DNA from: the human T2T-CHM13v2.0 reference genome, Homo sapiens | DNA length: 64,000 nt | Direction: 5' to 3' (one strand) | Assembly: GCF_009914755.1 (NCBI RefSeq) | Contig: NC_060926.1 | Shown: one piece after another, positions 46,995 through 63,369 of the stretch | Numbering within the stretch: position 1 is the stretch's first letter | Layout of the letters: each line of letters begins with the position of its first letter | Made by a program: the position numbers and the translations under genes | Notes under the pieces: model-generated | Databases searched by the model: none | The model's input: only the letters and a program-made list of their open reading frames with translations | What the model was told of the DNA's origin: nothing

Positions 46995-48883
46995 CATTGA
47001 TCTGTAATGAGACTGTATGTATTTGTCTTTGAAAATGTCTTTTAACAGAAACAGATATTGCCAAATATTGATATTAACCCACAAGCATGATTTTAATTGA
47101 GCATATTCATTACTGGGAAGGCAGTTATCCATTGGTTCTTCATTTGATATTTGCCTTTCAGTATGTCATCACAGTGCAGATTAATTACTTCCAATTCAAG
47201 GTTAGGTAGAAAGTTTCTCCACTACAAAATTAAACAAATTTTTGAAATATGGAACTTTCTGTGCATTTGTGTCAACTTCTGAAAAATGCTGTGGGAACTA
47301 TAGTTTGAGACTAGAAAATACGTCCACTCATATTTATGTGGGAATGACAATCTAACTTCTTTGACAGCTTGAGAAATATATAAAGCAGCCTGAAATTATT
47401 TGGGATTTGAATATCAGTTGCCACTGAAATGACTTTACCACATTCTTTCAAATATAGACACTATTTTGCCTTGAAATCTTAGGTTAAATTCATTTTAAAA
47501 ACATTACTCAATCTTCACAAAAAGCTAATTTCCAAAGCTAATTAGTATTTAATAGCAGTTGAGGGCAGTTCTCTTTATTAAAAAAATTTCAATCTCAGCC
47601 TTTAGCTCAAACAATTGTGAAAATATACTTTACCACTTCTAAGCCAGTCAGGATATTTGTCCTGTTTCTAACAAAAATTAATGCAGCTGATGCTAGTTAA
47701 GTCCAAAAGAGCAAACTGACTTCACAGTTGACAGTACTGATTCAGTAACACACATGGATAGATGGAAATATTTTCTGCAAAGTATCTGCCAATGAATAAC
47801 AATGAATAACCATAAACTATGAACTCCTCAGTTTTACAAGCTTTGTAAATTAGTCCAACTAAGCCTTTTGCTGCTCCGTATGTATTCTATCACCACCGCT
47901 TGCAGCACATCCTTACAGATTCCACTTCAGATTGTACTTAGTGTTTTCTCAGCTTTGAAAATATTCTTGCCTGTAGTTGTTCTGCACAGGCTATTCAGAG
48001 GCCAACTTTTCTGCCACTTCAAACTTGGAATTGACTCCTTGAATAAAGAACAACTGAATTGTATCAATAACATCTGCCGGCTCATCAAGAGCCGAGAAAA
48101 ACCACTCCAAATCATTTGCCTTGTTTTTTAATTGACTAGTGATGTTGCTTCAAATGTCCTCAACTCTTAAATCAACTGTGCTTGCCAAAAAGCTAATAGC
48201 CTAAAACAAGTTTATTTTCTCTGGACATAATTTTTTTGACTGCTTCAATAAAATACAATTTAATTAACTCAACATCAGTAAATGGCTTTCCTTGCTTGGC
48301 AAACAAATAAGCCACTTGGAAACTTATTTTGGTGGCAGCCTCATTTTCATTTTTATGAAGAAATTATGCTGTGATGAGATATTCCATTTTTAAGTTTTGT
48401 AATTTTTCTATTGCTTTCCTCAGAGTTGGACATAGTGTAGTATATGATTAGTCTAGTTACTTTCATGTATACTGTATTCCTCTATTGCAGCTCTAGTGTC
48501 ACTTCATAATAAGAGCAATGTTTTGCTATTAAATTCAATAACAAAATAACCCACACTCCAATGTGCCTTAAAAGCACATCTATATTTTTCTCTTCTTTCC
48601 TTTTTTTGACATGATGGATACACAGTGGTAATAAATAAACAAATAAAATAAAAAATTGCAATCTGGTCACAGATGTGGCACTCAAAACACTGTCAAGCAA
48701 TAATGGCAGCACTGAAATTTGTGGTACACCAAACAGTAGCTTGAAGTAATGAGAATGCCATATACAGTTTCTGTCAAAACTCCTCAGCTCTGCCATTATA
48801 AAGCAAAAGCAGCTGTGTTCCAATAAGACTTTATTTATAAATAGAAAATGAAATTCAAATTTCACATGTCACAAAGAATTATT

Positions 48884-48985
48884 TATTTTTTATTTCAACA
48901 GGTTTTGGGGGAACAGGTAGTGATTGGTTACATGAATAAGTTCTTTAGCGGTGATTTCTGAGATTTTGGTGCACCCATCACCTGA
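48884..48985 (-). mobile_element. ~100-bp L1PB-like 3' end
   Basis: ggttacatgaataagttctttagcggtgatttctgagattttggtgcaccc; TSD aaagaattatt. Confidence 0.85.
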
Positions 48986-50101
48986 AAGAATTATTCTTTT
49001 TTGATGTTTTTAGCCATGTAAAAATAGGTAAGTTTGCTTACTCCTGTTCTAGAAAACACACTTCAAAGATTTCAATCTTTTATGGACTCAAACTGTCATT
49101 TTTGACCCTTAACAAAAAATTCTGTCCTCAAGAGGGAAATTTTCTGGAAAAAAAGTAAATTCACTATAATCCATCAAATTCTTTATTACAATAAATGTTT
49201 ATAATTTTGAAAAGGAAGAAATTACAAAAGCCACTATAAAGATCATACCATTCTTAAAGAATAGCCCATTTCAAAGCACAACCACCTGTCTTTTAATTAT
49301 GCTACTCTTCTTACTATCCTGTTTCCCAAAATTTACAAATGTAAATCCAAAACATCACATAAAACATATAACAAGGAATGTCACTACCCAAATTAGAGAT
49401 CAATCACATTCAATATGATGAAGAAAAATTTTAGGGAACATAAAGAACACAATCCGACCCATTAGTTTGTCATGTTTCATTTTAATAAACATGTTTTCTC
49501 TCTCTCCCTGTCTTTAAACACACACTCTCATAAACTCAATAAATGTTGATTACTGTAGAAGTATGGGCTCCCAAGGATCCAAGGATGATATATTAGAACA
49601 TATTACTAGTTCTGGTTAGTCAACATCACTTTATATGATAGTTATATCACCTGTATTTATGACAAGGAATCATTTTTTCATTATATAATTTTTTAGTTGC
49701 CTTAAGTCTTAATCTTCCTTGACGACAGTCATAATAAAATCAAATGCCTAGAATGCAGGTTTTTAAAAGGTTAATACCAGTTACCAAAAAGGTGAAAAAG
49801 AGTTTTTTCACTAAGAGCTTTCTAATAGTAGATTCAATTGCTGCTGAGCCATGACCTTAGTTTTAAATTTAAAACTTCCTGAAGTCTAAAAATATTTTAA
49901 TTCACTCGAAATTTTAACTGCTACTTTTCATATTACACTTGATAAGCTGATTTATAGAGAACAGTTAAAGCTTTTCTTCTATTAATACTTTACATATTAT
50001 ACTAGATAAGGCAGAGGTTCCTTTTATTAAAAATAAACACTATGACAACGAAATTACTTCTCCAAGATAAAATATTCCACTTAAATAATTCCTTTTCATT
50101 A

Positions 50102-50462
<361 letters not shown>

Positions 50463-51489
50463 TTCAAGAAGTCTATATTGTATAACACTGGAATTACTTC
50501 TGAATCTTGTCTTGAAACATCCATTTTAACATGGTTAATAAATAGAACATACCTATTTTCACTGACAATATTTTGTACCATATTTAGCTATAACTTTTGT
50601 TGGCTATACTATGTTGCATTATTTATTCCACAGTTTGATTCCCTACTTTAAAACCAAATATTCTAATTTTTTGGCAGTTAAATGAACATGTTAGTTAAAT
50701 GAGCTATCACAAAACCAGCCCAATTTCTTTTTCTAACCCTTCCCTCACATGAATTCAATAAACCCATTTCCTACATTTTTTTCTAATGATTTCAAATATT
50801 AACATTTAGAACATTAATCCATTTAGAATTATATATAGATATATATCTAATTTTTTTCCAAAGGAAAATGTCCCAATTTCTCACCAATTCAAACTTTTCC
50901 CACTAATTTAAAATACCTCTCTGGTTATCACATTCCATAAACATCGGTCTGTTTTGTACTTTATTCACTAAATAGTTTCACTAAACTATTTATCTGTTTC
51001 TGAGTCATATTATCTATCCATCTATCTACATATATAGATATATATGTACTGCACATACACACATAAACACAGACACACACTTCCCGAAGATTTCACCCAA
51101 ATGTCTGACAACAGTAAGTATAGAAAGTCAGGTCCCTGAATCTAGGTATACATGTTCAATTATATAACCCTGTGGTAGAGAAGACAGGTCTAATCTAGAA
51201 TCATTCCAAGTCAGAGTAATGCTTCACCTAATCTTTTTAATATAATTGGTCTTTTTAAACACTTTTGTTGCAACCCTTACAGCAAAGAATTCAAATACTC
51301 TGAGACCAAATAATTCATATAAGGAGATATGGCTTGCATCAGAGTTACTAAAGCATAGGGTTTCTGCTTCTCTCTACTGCCATGACCTTAAAAAATGAAA
51401 ATAATTTAAATTTCAATTTTATTCTTACTAATAAAAAAATCTGACAACTAATTTTTCTTTCATCAAAAACATACGTAGGTCGATAAGTT

Positions 51490-51700
51490 GTGTAAAGTTT
51501 GGTCAAGTTCTTTAATCTCTCTCTATTTTAGCTTCCTTATATAGAAAATGGAGATAATAAAAGTACATACCTTATAGAGTTGTTAAAGTAAAATAAGTTT
51601 CTATGAATAGTTTTGAACTAAATCTGTCACTTAGAAAGCATTCAATAAATGTGAACATATATGTATGCTAAAATATAAGTGCTCAATAAATATTAGCATA
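51490..51700 (+). mobile_element. MIR fragment
   Basis: ctttaatctctct...aaaatggagataataaaagtac...aagtgctcaataaatattagc. Confidence 0.75.
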
Positions 51701-52713
51701 TATAATGTAATAAGCCCCCTTCTAGCTTTCTTCCTGGGGTTAGAAGTTCCTGCTAAGTATAATAGGATTACATATACTTCCGTGCCTAATTTCTTTATAC
51801 TAATATAGTAGTAACACAACTAACCAAGTTCCTCTTCCTCTAGCCTCAAACTTGTGACAATCTGCTATTTTTAAAATCAATCTCTCACATTGTGTATATA
51901 CATGTACATGTATATATATATACACATACATACAAATGTATATACACATACTCACATATAGATGTATTTTATACTAGACTGCATTTCTGTATTAACATAT
52001 AGTCCTGATTTTAAAAATAAAGAAATTGAGACACTGAAAGGTTAAGTTATACTGCCTTTTGTTATAGTTTATATCCACTCAACTAAGCATCTCTGTCCCA
52101 AAAGAAGGGTCCAGAGGAAGAGTATGTGTGTGTGTGTGTATGTGTGTGTGCACGTGTCCGTGTCAGAGACACAGAGAAAAACAGAGCATGTACTTGATCC
52201 TGCAGTAAGAAGGAATGTTCTCTAAGAAAACTCCAAAACAGGAATCTGGTAAAACTTGAGCTGGTAATTACCCTCTCCTCACTACCAGAAAGTAGACTGG
52301 TATCTTGTCTCTAACCTAAGTACTCAAGACTCTTTTTTGGTTTCATCCCTTTCCCTCATTACTAAGTAATAGGTGCTTCTTGAAATAAATACAAAAATAT
52401 AAAAGTAAAAAGTCCCAATACCTCCTTGTCTCCAAATCCCACTCCTGAGAGGTAACCAATTGTTATGAACCTTAAAAAGGACAGTGATGATTTACTGCTC
52501 CACAGTACTCCTTCTTGGCCTATTCTTCTATCCCAATAATACAGGGTGAAAGAAGGGCCACAGAACAGTTTTTCTTTCTTAAAGTCCCTTTACAGCAGGT
52601 AAGTAGATCCCTGACCAAAAAGGAGGCTGCAAGTACTTTTTGTAAGAAGTCCAAGTTGAATACGATCTACCTATTAAAGCACAACTGAAAACAATGAATG
52701 AAAATCAACAAGG

Positions 52714-53043
52714 GGCCAGGAGTGGTGTCTCACATCTGTAATCCCAGCACTTTGAAGGCCAAGGCAGGCAGGTCCTTTGTGCCCAGGAGTTCGAGACCAG
52801 CCTGGGCAACCTGAAGAGACCCCATCTCTACAAAAAAATTTAAAAAATTATCCAGGCATGGTAGTCCGCACCTATAGTCCCAGGCTGAGGTGGGAAGATC
52901 ACTTGAGCCCAGGAAGTAGAGGCTGTGGTAGTAAGCTGTGAAATGCTGCCACCGCACTCCAGCCTGGGATATAGATAGGTTACCAAATAACATAACATAA
53001 CATAACATAACATAACATAACATAACATAACATAACATAACAT
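52714..53043 (+). mobile_element. Alu (J-type) with (ATAAC)n tail
   Basis: Dimer; ~11 perfect pentanucleotide units at 52987-53043. Confidence 0.93.
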
Positions 53044-53174
53044 GGGTAAAATTCTAAATATTCTAAATATTCATACAGTGATTTCAACCTATTATTTCAT
53101 CAACATCATCTTTACCATATCCTCGTAAGATTCCTAAAATTGATTTCTGTGGACATTTATTTTAACAATACAGC

Positions 53175-53710
53175 CAGCTGTAAGGTTAAGAACATGGGCT
53201 CTGTGGCCAGACTGCCTGAGTTCAAATCCCAGCTTTGCCACGTAGTGACCCGATTATTATAAAATCTTGGTAATAACGGCTGGGTACAGTGGATCATGCC
53301 TGTAATCCCAGCACTTTGGGAGGCTGAGGCGGGCAGATCACAAGGTCAGGGGTTCAAGACCAGCCTGGCCAACATGGTGAAACCCCCTCTCTACTAGAAA
53401 TACAAAAATTAGCTGGGCGTGGTGGCATGTGCCTGTAGTCTCAGCTACTCAGGAGGCTGAAGCAGGAGAATTGCTTGAACCCAGGAGGCGGAGGCTGCAG
53501 TGAGCCAAGATCGCACCACTGCACTCTAGCCTGGGCAACAGAGCAACTCTATCTCGGGGAAAAAAAAAATCTTGGTAATGACTATGTCCATCACAGGGTT
53601 GTTCACAGGCAGGACACAGCGTTAATTCATAAGGTGAGTTAAATGAGATAATACATGTAAGGTTTTGGCAGGTTCCTGGACCATATAGCCTAAATGATGT
53701 TTACTTACTA
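53175..53710 (+). mobile_element. MIR with nested Alu (53278-53569)
   Basis: ggttaagaacatgggctctg...ttcaaatcccagct; Alu TSD aaaatcttggtaat. Confidence 0.88.
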
Positions 53711-55204
53711 AGTCCCAGAAAAATAAGCAACTTGCCCAAAAATACATGCAAAGTAAATCACGTGAGAAGAGAAAGCAACAGAAGGAACATATTAGCATTC
53801 CAATCTACTCACTTTCTACTCACCTAGCCTAAACCTTCAAATAAGGAACAAAAATAAATAAATTTTATCCACCAGATTTCCAATAAAACAGGCTAGCCTA
53901 CGTAGGATAGGGCTCCTACCTGCTCTACATGTCCACGTAGACATGTTGAGTTATCCTGCTTGATGAAAACTAAAACAATCTTTAACCATCACTTCCAACT
54001 CTAACGTGCTATCAAGACTCCAGGGAATGCCAACTTTGGGATCCAGATATATAAATTAGCACATAATCCACATTAAGGTCATAATGGTCCTCTAGAAAGA
54101 CATATTTCCAAAGACCAAATCACCCCAAAATCAAAATTTTAAGATTCTAATAATAATTTCTTTTATCTGCAACCTTAACGGACACACCAACCTGTAAACT
54201 TAGATAGATACCTATATATCTTTGTATCTATATATATAGATAGATGCAGAGATCTATATATCTATATATAGAGAGAGATACAGAGATATATAGATAGATA
54301 CAGAAATATGTATATAATACAAGCTATGTAAATCAAATTTGAATGAAGGATGAAAAAGTACTATTTTTAACAGGTTAAATCACAGGAAGTTACAGACACT
54401 CAACCATTTTTAATCTATAAAATAGGTTCATATGGTTCAACCTAATACTCAATGACCAAAATGGCCTATGATATAATCAGATCCCCTAGTGTCCTCACAA
54501 ATTACTGTAACTGCCATTTTTGGACAGTATTTAGTGATTCAAATAAATTGTGGGTCACATCATTCTCGTACCTTTTTTGTATAACTCTAAAAGCTGCCAA
54601 AACAGAGTGGCAGATGCAAAGTTCTATAGTCATATGCCTGGTTGGCCTCAGATTAACACCATAGTTTTCCAGCAAACAGTCACTTAAAAATACTGACTTA
54701 TACCAAGACTTCTTTCTATTATTATATTTCTGACTTCATATTTCTTCATATTTCTTCCCCAAGACAATTTATTTGCCTTATGAACAAAAGGATATTTTCC
54801 TAAAAAACTGTCAGGAAAGAAGCAATTTCACTTCTTTCCCTTTTTACCCGTAATCATGAACGCATGGTAAAGAAAAATGGAAAAATGCAAAAAATTAAAG
54901 CCAAAAAAATCCCACTCATAGTCCTACCACCCAAAGATAACCAATGTCAACAATGGCTTATTTTCTTCCAGTCTTTTTTTCCACATACTTTTTTTTTTTC
55001 CAACAATTGAGATTACATTTTATACAGTGGTAGCCCCTGGCATTCAAAGACACTTTTACATTTACAATTATGAAAATGTGTACAAAATCCTGAAAGTTCA
55101 TCACATGATATATTTATCACTAGCTGACGTACTGCTAAATGAAAGATCTTACATAAAATCTCCATCCATCCAATTCTCAGTTTGGGTTTGTTTTTCTTTA
55201 CCAT

Positions 55205-55564
55205 TGTATTAGTCCGTTCTCACACTGCTATGAAGAAATACCTGAGACTGGGTAATTATAAAGAAAAGAGGTTTAATTGACTCACAGTTCTTCATGGCTG
55301 AGGAAGCCTCAGGAAACTTACAATCATGGCCAAAGGCACCTCTTCACAGAGCAGGAGAAGAATGAGTGCAAGCAGGAGAAATGCCAAACACTTACAAAAC
55401 CATTACATCTTGTGAGAACTCACTATCGGGAGGAGACCCAGCATGTGGGAAAGTGCCCCCATGATCCAGTCACTTCCCACCGAGTCCCTTCCAGGACACA
55501 TGGAGATTATGGGAACTACAATTCAAGATGAGATTTGGATGGCGACACAGCTAAACCATATCAA
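55205..55564 (-). mobile_element. THE1-family MaLR solo LTR (THE1C/D-like)
   Basis: tgtattagtccgttctcacactgct...gagatttggatggcgacacagctaaaccatatca. Confidence 0.92.
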
Positions 55565-55806
55565 CAGTAGTCATATATCCAGAAACTCATAAAGTTACTT
55601 ACCCCCCCCAACACGAGTTTCAGATAAATTATAAACTTACGTATTTGTATAAGTTCACTGCATATTAATGTTAGTACTCTAATAATACAGCGTAGTGGTA
55701 TTTTAGTAAAAGTTTTTTAAGTTTCTTTACAAATAGCTGTTTTCTAAGATAATTAAAAGCCTAAAAGGGACACTTACACTTTTGTGTTTAATACTGATGG
55801 CTGTTA

Positions 55807-56035
55807 GCCAGGTGCTATGGCTTCCGAGTTCAAGATCAGCTTGGGCCACATAGTAAGACCTCATCTCAACAAAACATCAAAAAATTAGCTGGGTGTGGTG
55901 ATCCCAACTACTCAAGAGATTGAGGTGGGAGAATCCCTTGACCCCAGAGATCAAGGCTGCAGTGAGCTATGAACACGCCACTGCATTCCAGCCTAGGGAA
56001 CAAAGTGAGACACTGTCTCAAAAAACATAACAAAA
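55807..56035 (+). mobile_element. Alu (J-type), internally deleted
   Basis: Both arms have gaps. Confidence 0.88.
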
Positions 56036-56475
56036 CACTAAATCTAAATCTCAACTCCACCACACAGTTAACTCTCAGCAACGATTTCTTTATTTGTAAA
56101 ATGAGAATAAATGTCTAACTTACTGGCTTGAAGATTAACACAACACTAAATATGGATTAAACTCCTCTTACAGATCTTATTTAAAAACCAAGGAACTATA
56201 ACTTCTTGGAGCTCAATATGTAAAACTATATAATAATAAAAATAAAAGGGACACAAGCTGAGCTACTTTAGTCAAGTTGAAAATTAAACATTGTTACCTG
56301 TCAAGTACTATAGCTTCTGCCTTTTTGCCTAACAGTAGATTCCAGAGGGGAAACATGGGGACATGTTAGGCAGCCATCCAGGTTAAGAGAAAATAGGAGC
56401 CTAACTAGAACAGTGACAGATAAGAAAAGTATCTAAGAGAGAAAAAACAACAAGATTTGGTGACAGACTGAATTC

Positions 56476-56770
56476 AGGCGCAGGCTCATGTCTGTAATCC
56501 CAGCACTTTGGAAGGCTGAGGAGGGTGGATCACTTGAGGTCAGGAGTTCCAGACCAGCCTGGCCAACATGGGGAAACCCTGTCTCTACTAAAAATACAAA
56601 AATATTAGCCGGGCTTGGTGGCAGGTGCCTGTAATCCCAGCTATTCGCAAGGCTGAGGCACGAGAACCACCTGAATCCAGGAGGCAGAGGTTGCAGTGAG
56701 CTGAAACTCTACCAAGGCACTTCAGCCTGGGAGACAGAGTGAGACCCTGTCTAAAATAATATAAAATAAG
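56476..56770 (+). mobile_element. Alu (S-type)
   Basis: Dimer with AT-rich tail. Confidence 0.93.
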
Positions 56771-56857
56771 CTTTTTTAAAAAAAGAAAAGGGAATGGTTT
56801 CTTTCTGGCTTTAGACACTGATAGTTCATAGTGTCTAACTATGAACAATGATGAATA

Positions 56858-57009
56858 CAGGTTGAGTATCCCTTATCCAAAATGCCCAGGAGCAACATGT
56901 TTCAGACTTCTGATTTTTTTTTTTTTTTAATATTTGAGTGTACACAATGAGGTATCTGGGGGATGGGACCCAAGTCTAATCATAACATTTATTTATGTTT
57001 CATATACAT
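56858..57009 (+). mobile_element. Tigger4/MER46-family fragment, abutting a tail-less antisense Alu arm (57021-57160)
   Basis: ta-caggttgagtatcccttatcc terminus; ggggatgggacccaagtctaa. Confidence 0.8.
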
Positions 57010-57614
57010 TGTGATGGTGTCAGGGTGTTGCCCAGGCTGGAGTGCAGTGGCATGATCGCAGCTAACTGCAGCCTCACTCTCCGGCTCAAGCAATCCTCCC
57101 ACCTTCTCCCAAGTAGCTGAGGACTACAGAGATGTGCCACCATACCTGGCTGTTTTTTTTTATCCATAAAATTCATTGTTATGTGCCCAGCCACAATCAT
57201 TTCAAGTTTTTTTCTTCCTCAGCATGTAAACCTAAATGCCATGCAGCATAACAGTTCTCTAAATTTATCTGCTTAACAGACAATTTGATTATAATATATA
57301 GGCAAGGTATGATTAATTCTATATGACACATAAAAATCAATCCCATATCTTTTTTAGTCACATTATATATATATTTCATCCTCTCAGATTGCTGTTCATG
57401 TACTTTAAAAACAATTATGGAATGGTCAGCTTCTCTATTAGACTGGCATTTAGCAAATCAGAAATTCCCCTTACTGTTCTCCTCATTCTTGCAATATATT
57501 ACCTTTGTAAGTAAGGATTAAATTATGTTAATTTCTTATTTAATTGTACTTGTGACACACTGCAAGAGAGAAAAGAAAGTATTATTAAAATATAGTTGGC
57601 TAACAACTTGACTA

Positions 57615-59790
<2,176 letters not shown>

Positions 59791-60174
59791 CTAAAATGTT
59801 TGCATATGTACAGAGCTAACAATTTTGGTCCTTGACTTTTCTTGATCTATGAAAAGTCAGAGAAACATCTGCTCTTTAACTTAAAACTTTCAACTACCTG
59901 GATAGCTGGGTAACTAGAAGGGTTGAACTTCCTCAAGGAAAGTTACTCTATACAAGGACGGGCAGCAGTGACTACCCTGTTAAATATTATAAGGTAAAAA
60001 AATCAAGACTACTTTGTGATTAGTAAAATCAATATGAAATTCAAATATCAGTGTCCATAGTAAGGTTTTAAAGAACACAGTCATCCCACTTGTTAGCATA
60101 TTGTCTATGGCTGCACTTTACCACACAAACACAAGCACCTGTCGTAGTTGTGACAACTCTTTTAAAACAGTTTA

Positions 60175-60428
60175 GGCCAGGTGTGGTGGCTCACACTTGT
60201 AATCCCAGCTCTTTGGGAAGCCAAGACTGGTGGATTGCTTGAGCTCAGGAATTCAAAAACAGTCTGAGTAACATGGTGAAACCCATCTCTACAAAAAATA
60301 TAAAAATTAGCCAGGCAAGGTGAGAGGACTGCTTGAGGCTTGGAGGTCAAGGCTGCAATGAGCTGAGATCATGCCACTGTACTCCAGGCTGGGTGACAGA
60401 GTGAGACCCTGTTTCAAAAAAAAAAAAG
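60175..60428 (+). mobile_element. Alu (J-type, deleted) nested in MER58-like element (~59990-60445)
   Basis: TSD-like aaaa(c/a)agttt; terminus agtttgctgactcatg. Confidence 0.88.
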
Positions 60429-60663
60429 TTTGCTGACTCATGCTCTATATCTTATCCCAAATAAGGAATTAGATGCAGAGCAGAAATAAAACGAAGTAAA
60501 TTCAAAAAAGAATATCAACAAATTAAAATGTTGATTCAATGAAGTGATTTTTTAAAAAATAAAAAGCCATAGCCTTTTCTGTGGCTTTTTATTTTATTTC
60601 TACCCCCAAGCCATCTACATATACACCCAGGCACATGCACATATGCCTTGTTTAATATCTTTA

Positions 60664-61029
<366 letters not shown>

Positions 61030-62451
61030 CTTTCATTAGTTATTAAGCTCTTTGAGCACTCTTAATAAACAGGATTTATACAACTATTCAGTTATACAGC
61101 TTTGTCTTCTCAAATAACTGGACTGAAAGTTATTTTTACTTCATACAAATTTAGAAAAGGCATCCTATAAAAGTTAAATTATACAATAAAATTATTGAGA
61201 ACTAATGATAAAAAGTTTGCATCACTTTTATCACTTTCTTAAAAGCAAGCTCAAGGGGGTAGAGATAGGGGTTGTAATTTATCGTGTGAGCTTTCAAAGA
61301 TAACTAAAATGTTTGCTTATATCAAGAAGTTTTAGACAGTGTTCTAACTGGCCATGTACACATTTGTTTTAGCCAGTTAACTTATTAACATAAAATTTAA
61401 GGAAGAAGAGAATTTGCTAAATACTAATATACTTACAACGACATATTTAATATATTTATTTTGGCTTTATAATAGCAAATAGAGAGTAGAGAACTACTAT
61501 AAATTGGTCCTAGCACAGAGGCTCCCATACCAAGGTATACTTATCTAAAAAATACTGCAAACCTTCAAATTTCAGATGGCAGCATTTGGAGGACAGTACG
61601 AAATAACGTAATCCCTCTTAAAAATCCCAATCATTTTTTTCTCAAGCTAGAGAAGAAAATTAGTCCAAAGAAATTTAAGTAATCTTAACATAAAAACTAT
61701 CACACTCCTTGTAGTTTGTAAATACTATAGTAAGCCTTGGCAGTAATGAGCAGGAGTAACAAGTCCAAGATGAGATTTAAGACTGTTTTAATTTTTAAAA
61801 CAAGTCACAAATAGAAACAGTAATAAACACGTGGAAAACTGCTTAATCTCTTGGTAATCAAATATATGTAGTAAGTAAAATAACATGTAATACCACCCCT
61901 ACTTAACAAGCCAAACACTTCCTAAAAATACTAAGAGCAGTAATGTTTCCATTAAACTGGTTCATATGTATGTTGCTAGTGGCACTCTAAAGTTACAACT
62001 CGTACAATACAGTAACATCCACAAAGACATTCATATTTTTTTACTAAATAATCAATAAATTGAAACAGTAACTACAATACATAAGATGAAATTTTCCAAA
62101 GGCATAAAGGGTGTTATACAGTATGAGCAACTCTAAAAGTCTGTTTCGAAAGCTAAAACTTTTTTATATTAAACTACTGCTCAAAGGGTTATAATTTAAA
62201 AGAAGCAAAGTGACTAAGACGTGTATCACATTTTTACTTACAGGACAAAGAATTGAGTACAGAGCTGAGAAAATACCCAGCATTAAAGGAATAGGATATA
62301 TATATACACACACATATTATATATAATGTTATTTCACGAAGAGCTGTCTTTTAAAAATATATTGTAATGCTCTGACGATTTTATTTGAATCCAAACTTAA
62401 CTTACATTGGTACTAGCCGGTTGCCAAAAAAACTTAAAATAACAGTAATCT

Positions 62452-62785
<334 letters not shown>

Positions 62786-62880
62786 TCAAAGGCAAAAATA
62801 GTTCTGCTTCCAATTAAACCTACAATTCCAGATGGCTAACTGCTCCACAAGTTGGTCCTATTCAAACTCTGTATATAACC

Positions 62881-63241
62881 CAGTGGTCCCCAACCTTTTT
62901 GGCACCAGTGGCCAGTTTCATGGAAGACAATTTTTCCATGGACCAGGGGTGGGGTGGGGTGGGGTGGGGTGGAGTGGAGATGGTTTCAGATGAAACTGTT
63001 ACACCTCAAATCATCAGGCATTAGTTAGATTCTCATAAGGAGCAAGCGACCTAGATCCCTCGCATGTGCAGTTCACAACAGGGTCCACGCTCCTCTGAGA
63101 ATCTAATGCCACGGATGATCTCACAGGAGGTGGAGCTCAGGCGGGAATGCTCACTGGCCTGCTGCTCACCTCCCGCTGTGTGGCTCATTCCTCACAGGAT
63201 AGCGACCAGTACAGGTATGCAGCCCTGGTGTTGTGGACCCG
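62881..63241 (+). mobile_element. MER1B hAT MITE
   Basis: cagtggtccccaacctttttggcacc start; perfect 8-bp TSD atataacc. Confidence 0.93.
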
Positions 63242-63369
63242 ATATAACCAATTGTTAATTTAAACAAAAGGAAGATAAAGAGAGTGAGAGAAGAAGAGCG
63301 TGGTTAAGAGGAGAAAAAGATTCAGATTCACCCAAAATTTCAAAGCCAATTAAAGAATTAAAAATAAAA

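Noticed and set aside
47868-48865. ORFs within the Charlie element as a domesticated transposase
   Set aside because: Transposase frame is broken by frameshifts and stops; listed ORFs are mostly off-frame
52730-53043. Repetitive peptide MLCYV x n
   Set aside because: Translation of the (ATAAC)n microsatellite
55597-55640. Minus-strand GTAAGT donor motifs
   Set aside because: No convincing upstream acceptor or coding similarity; expected by chance in a long intron
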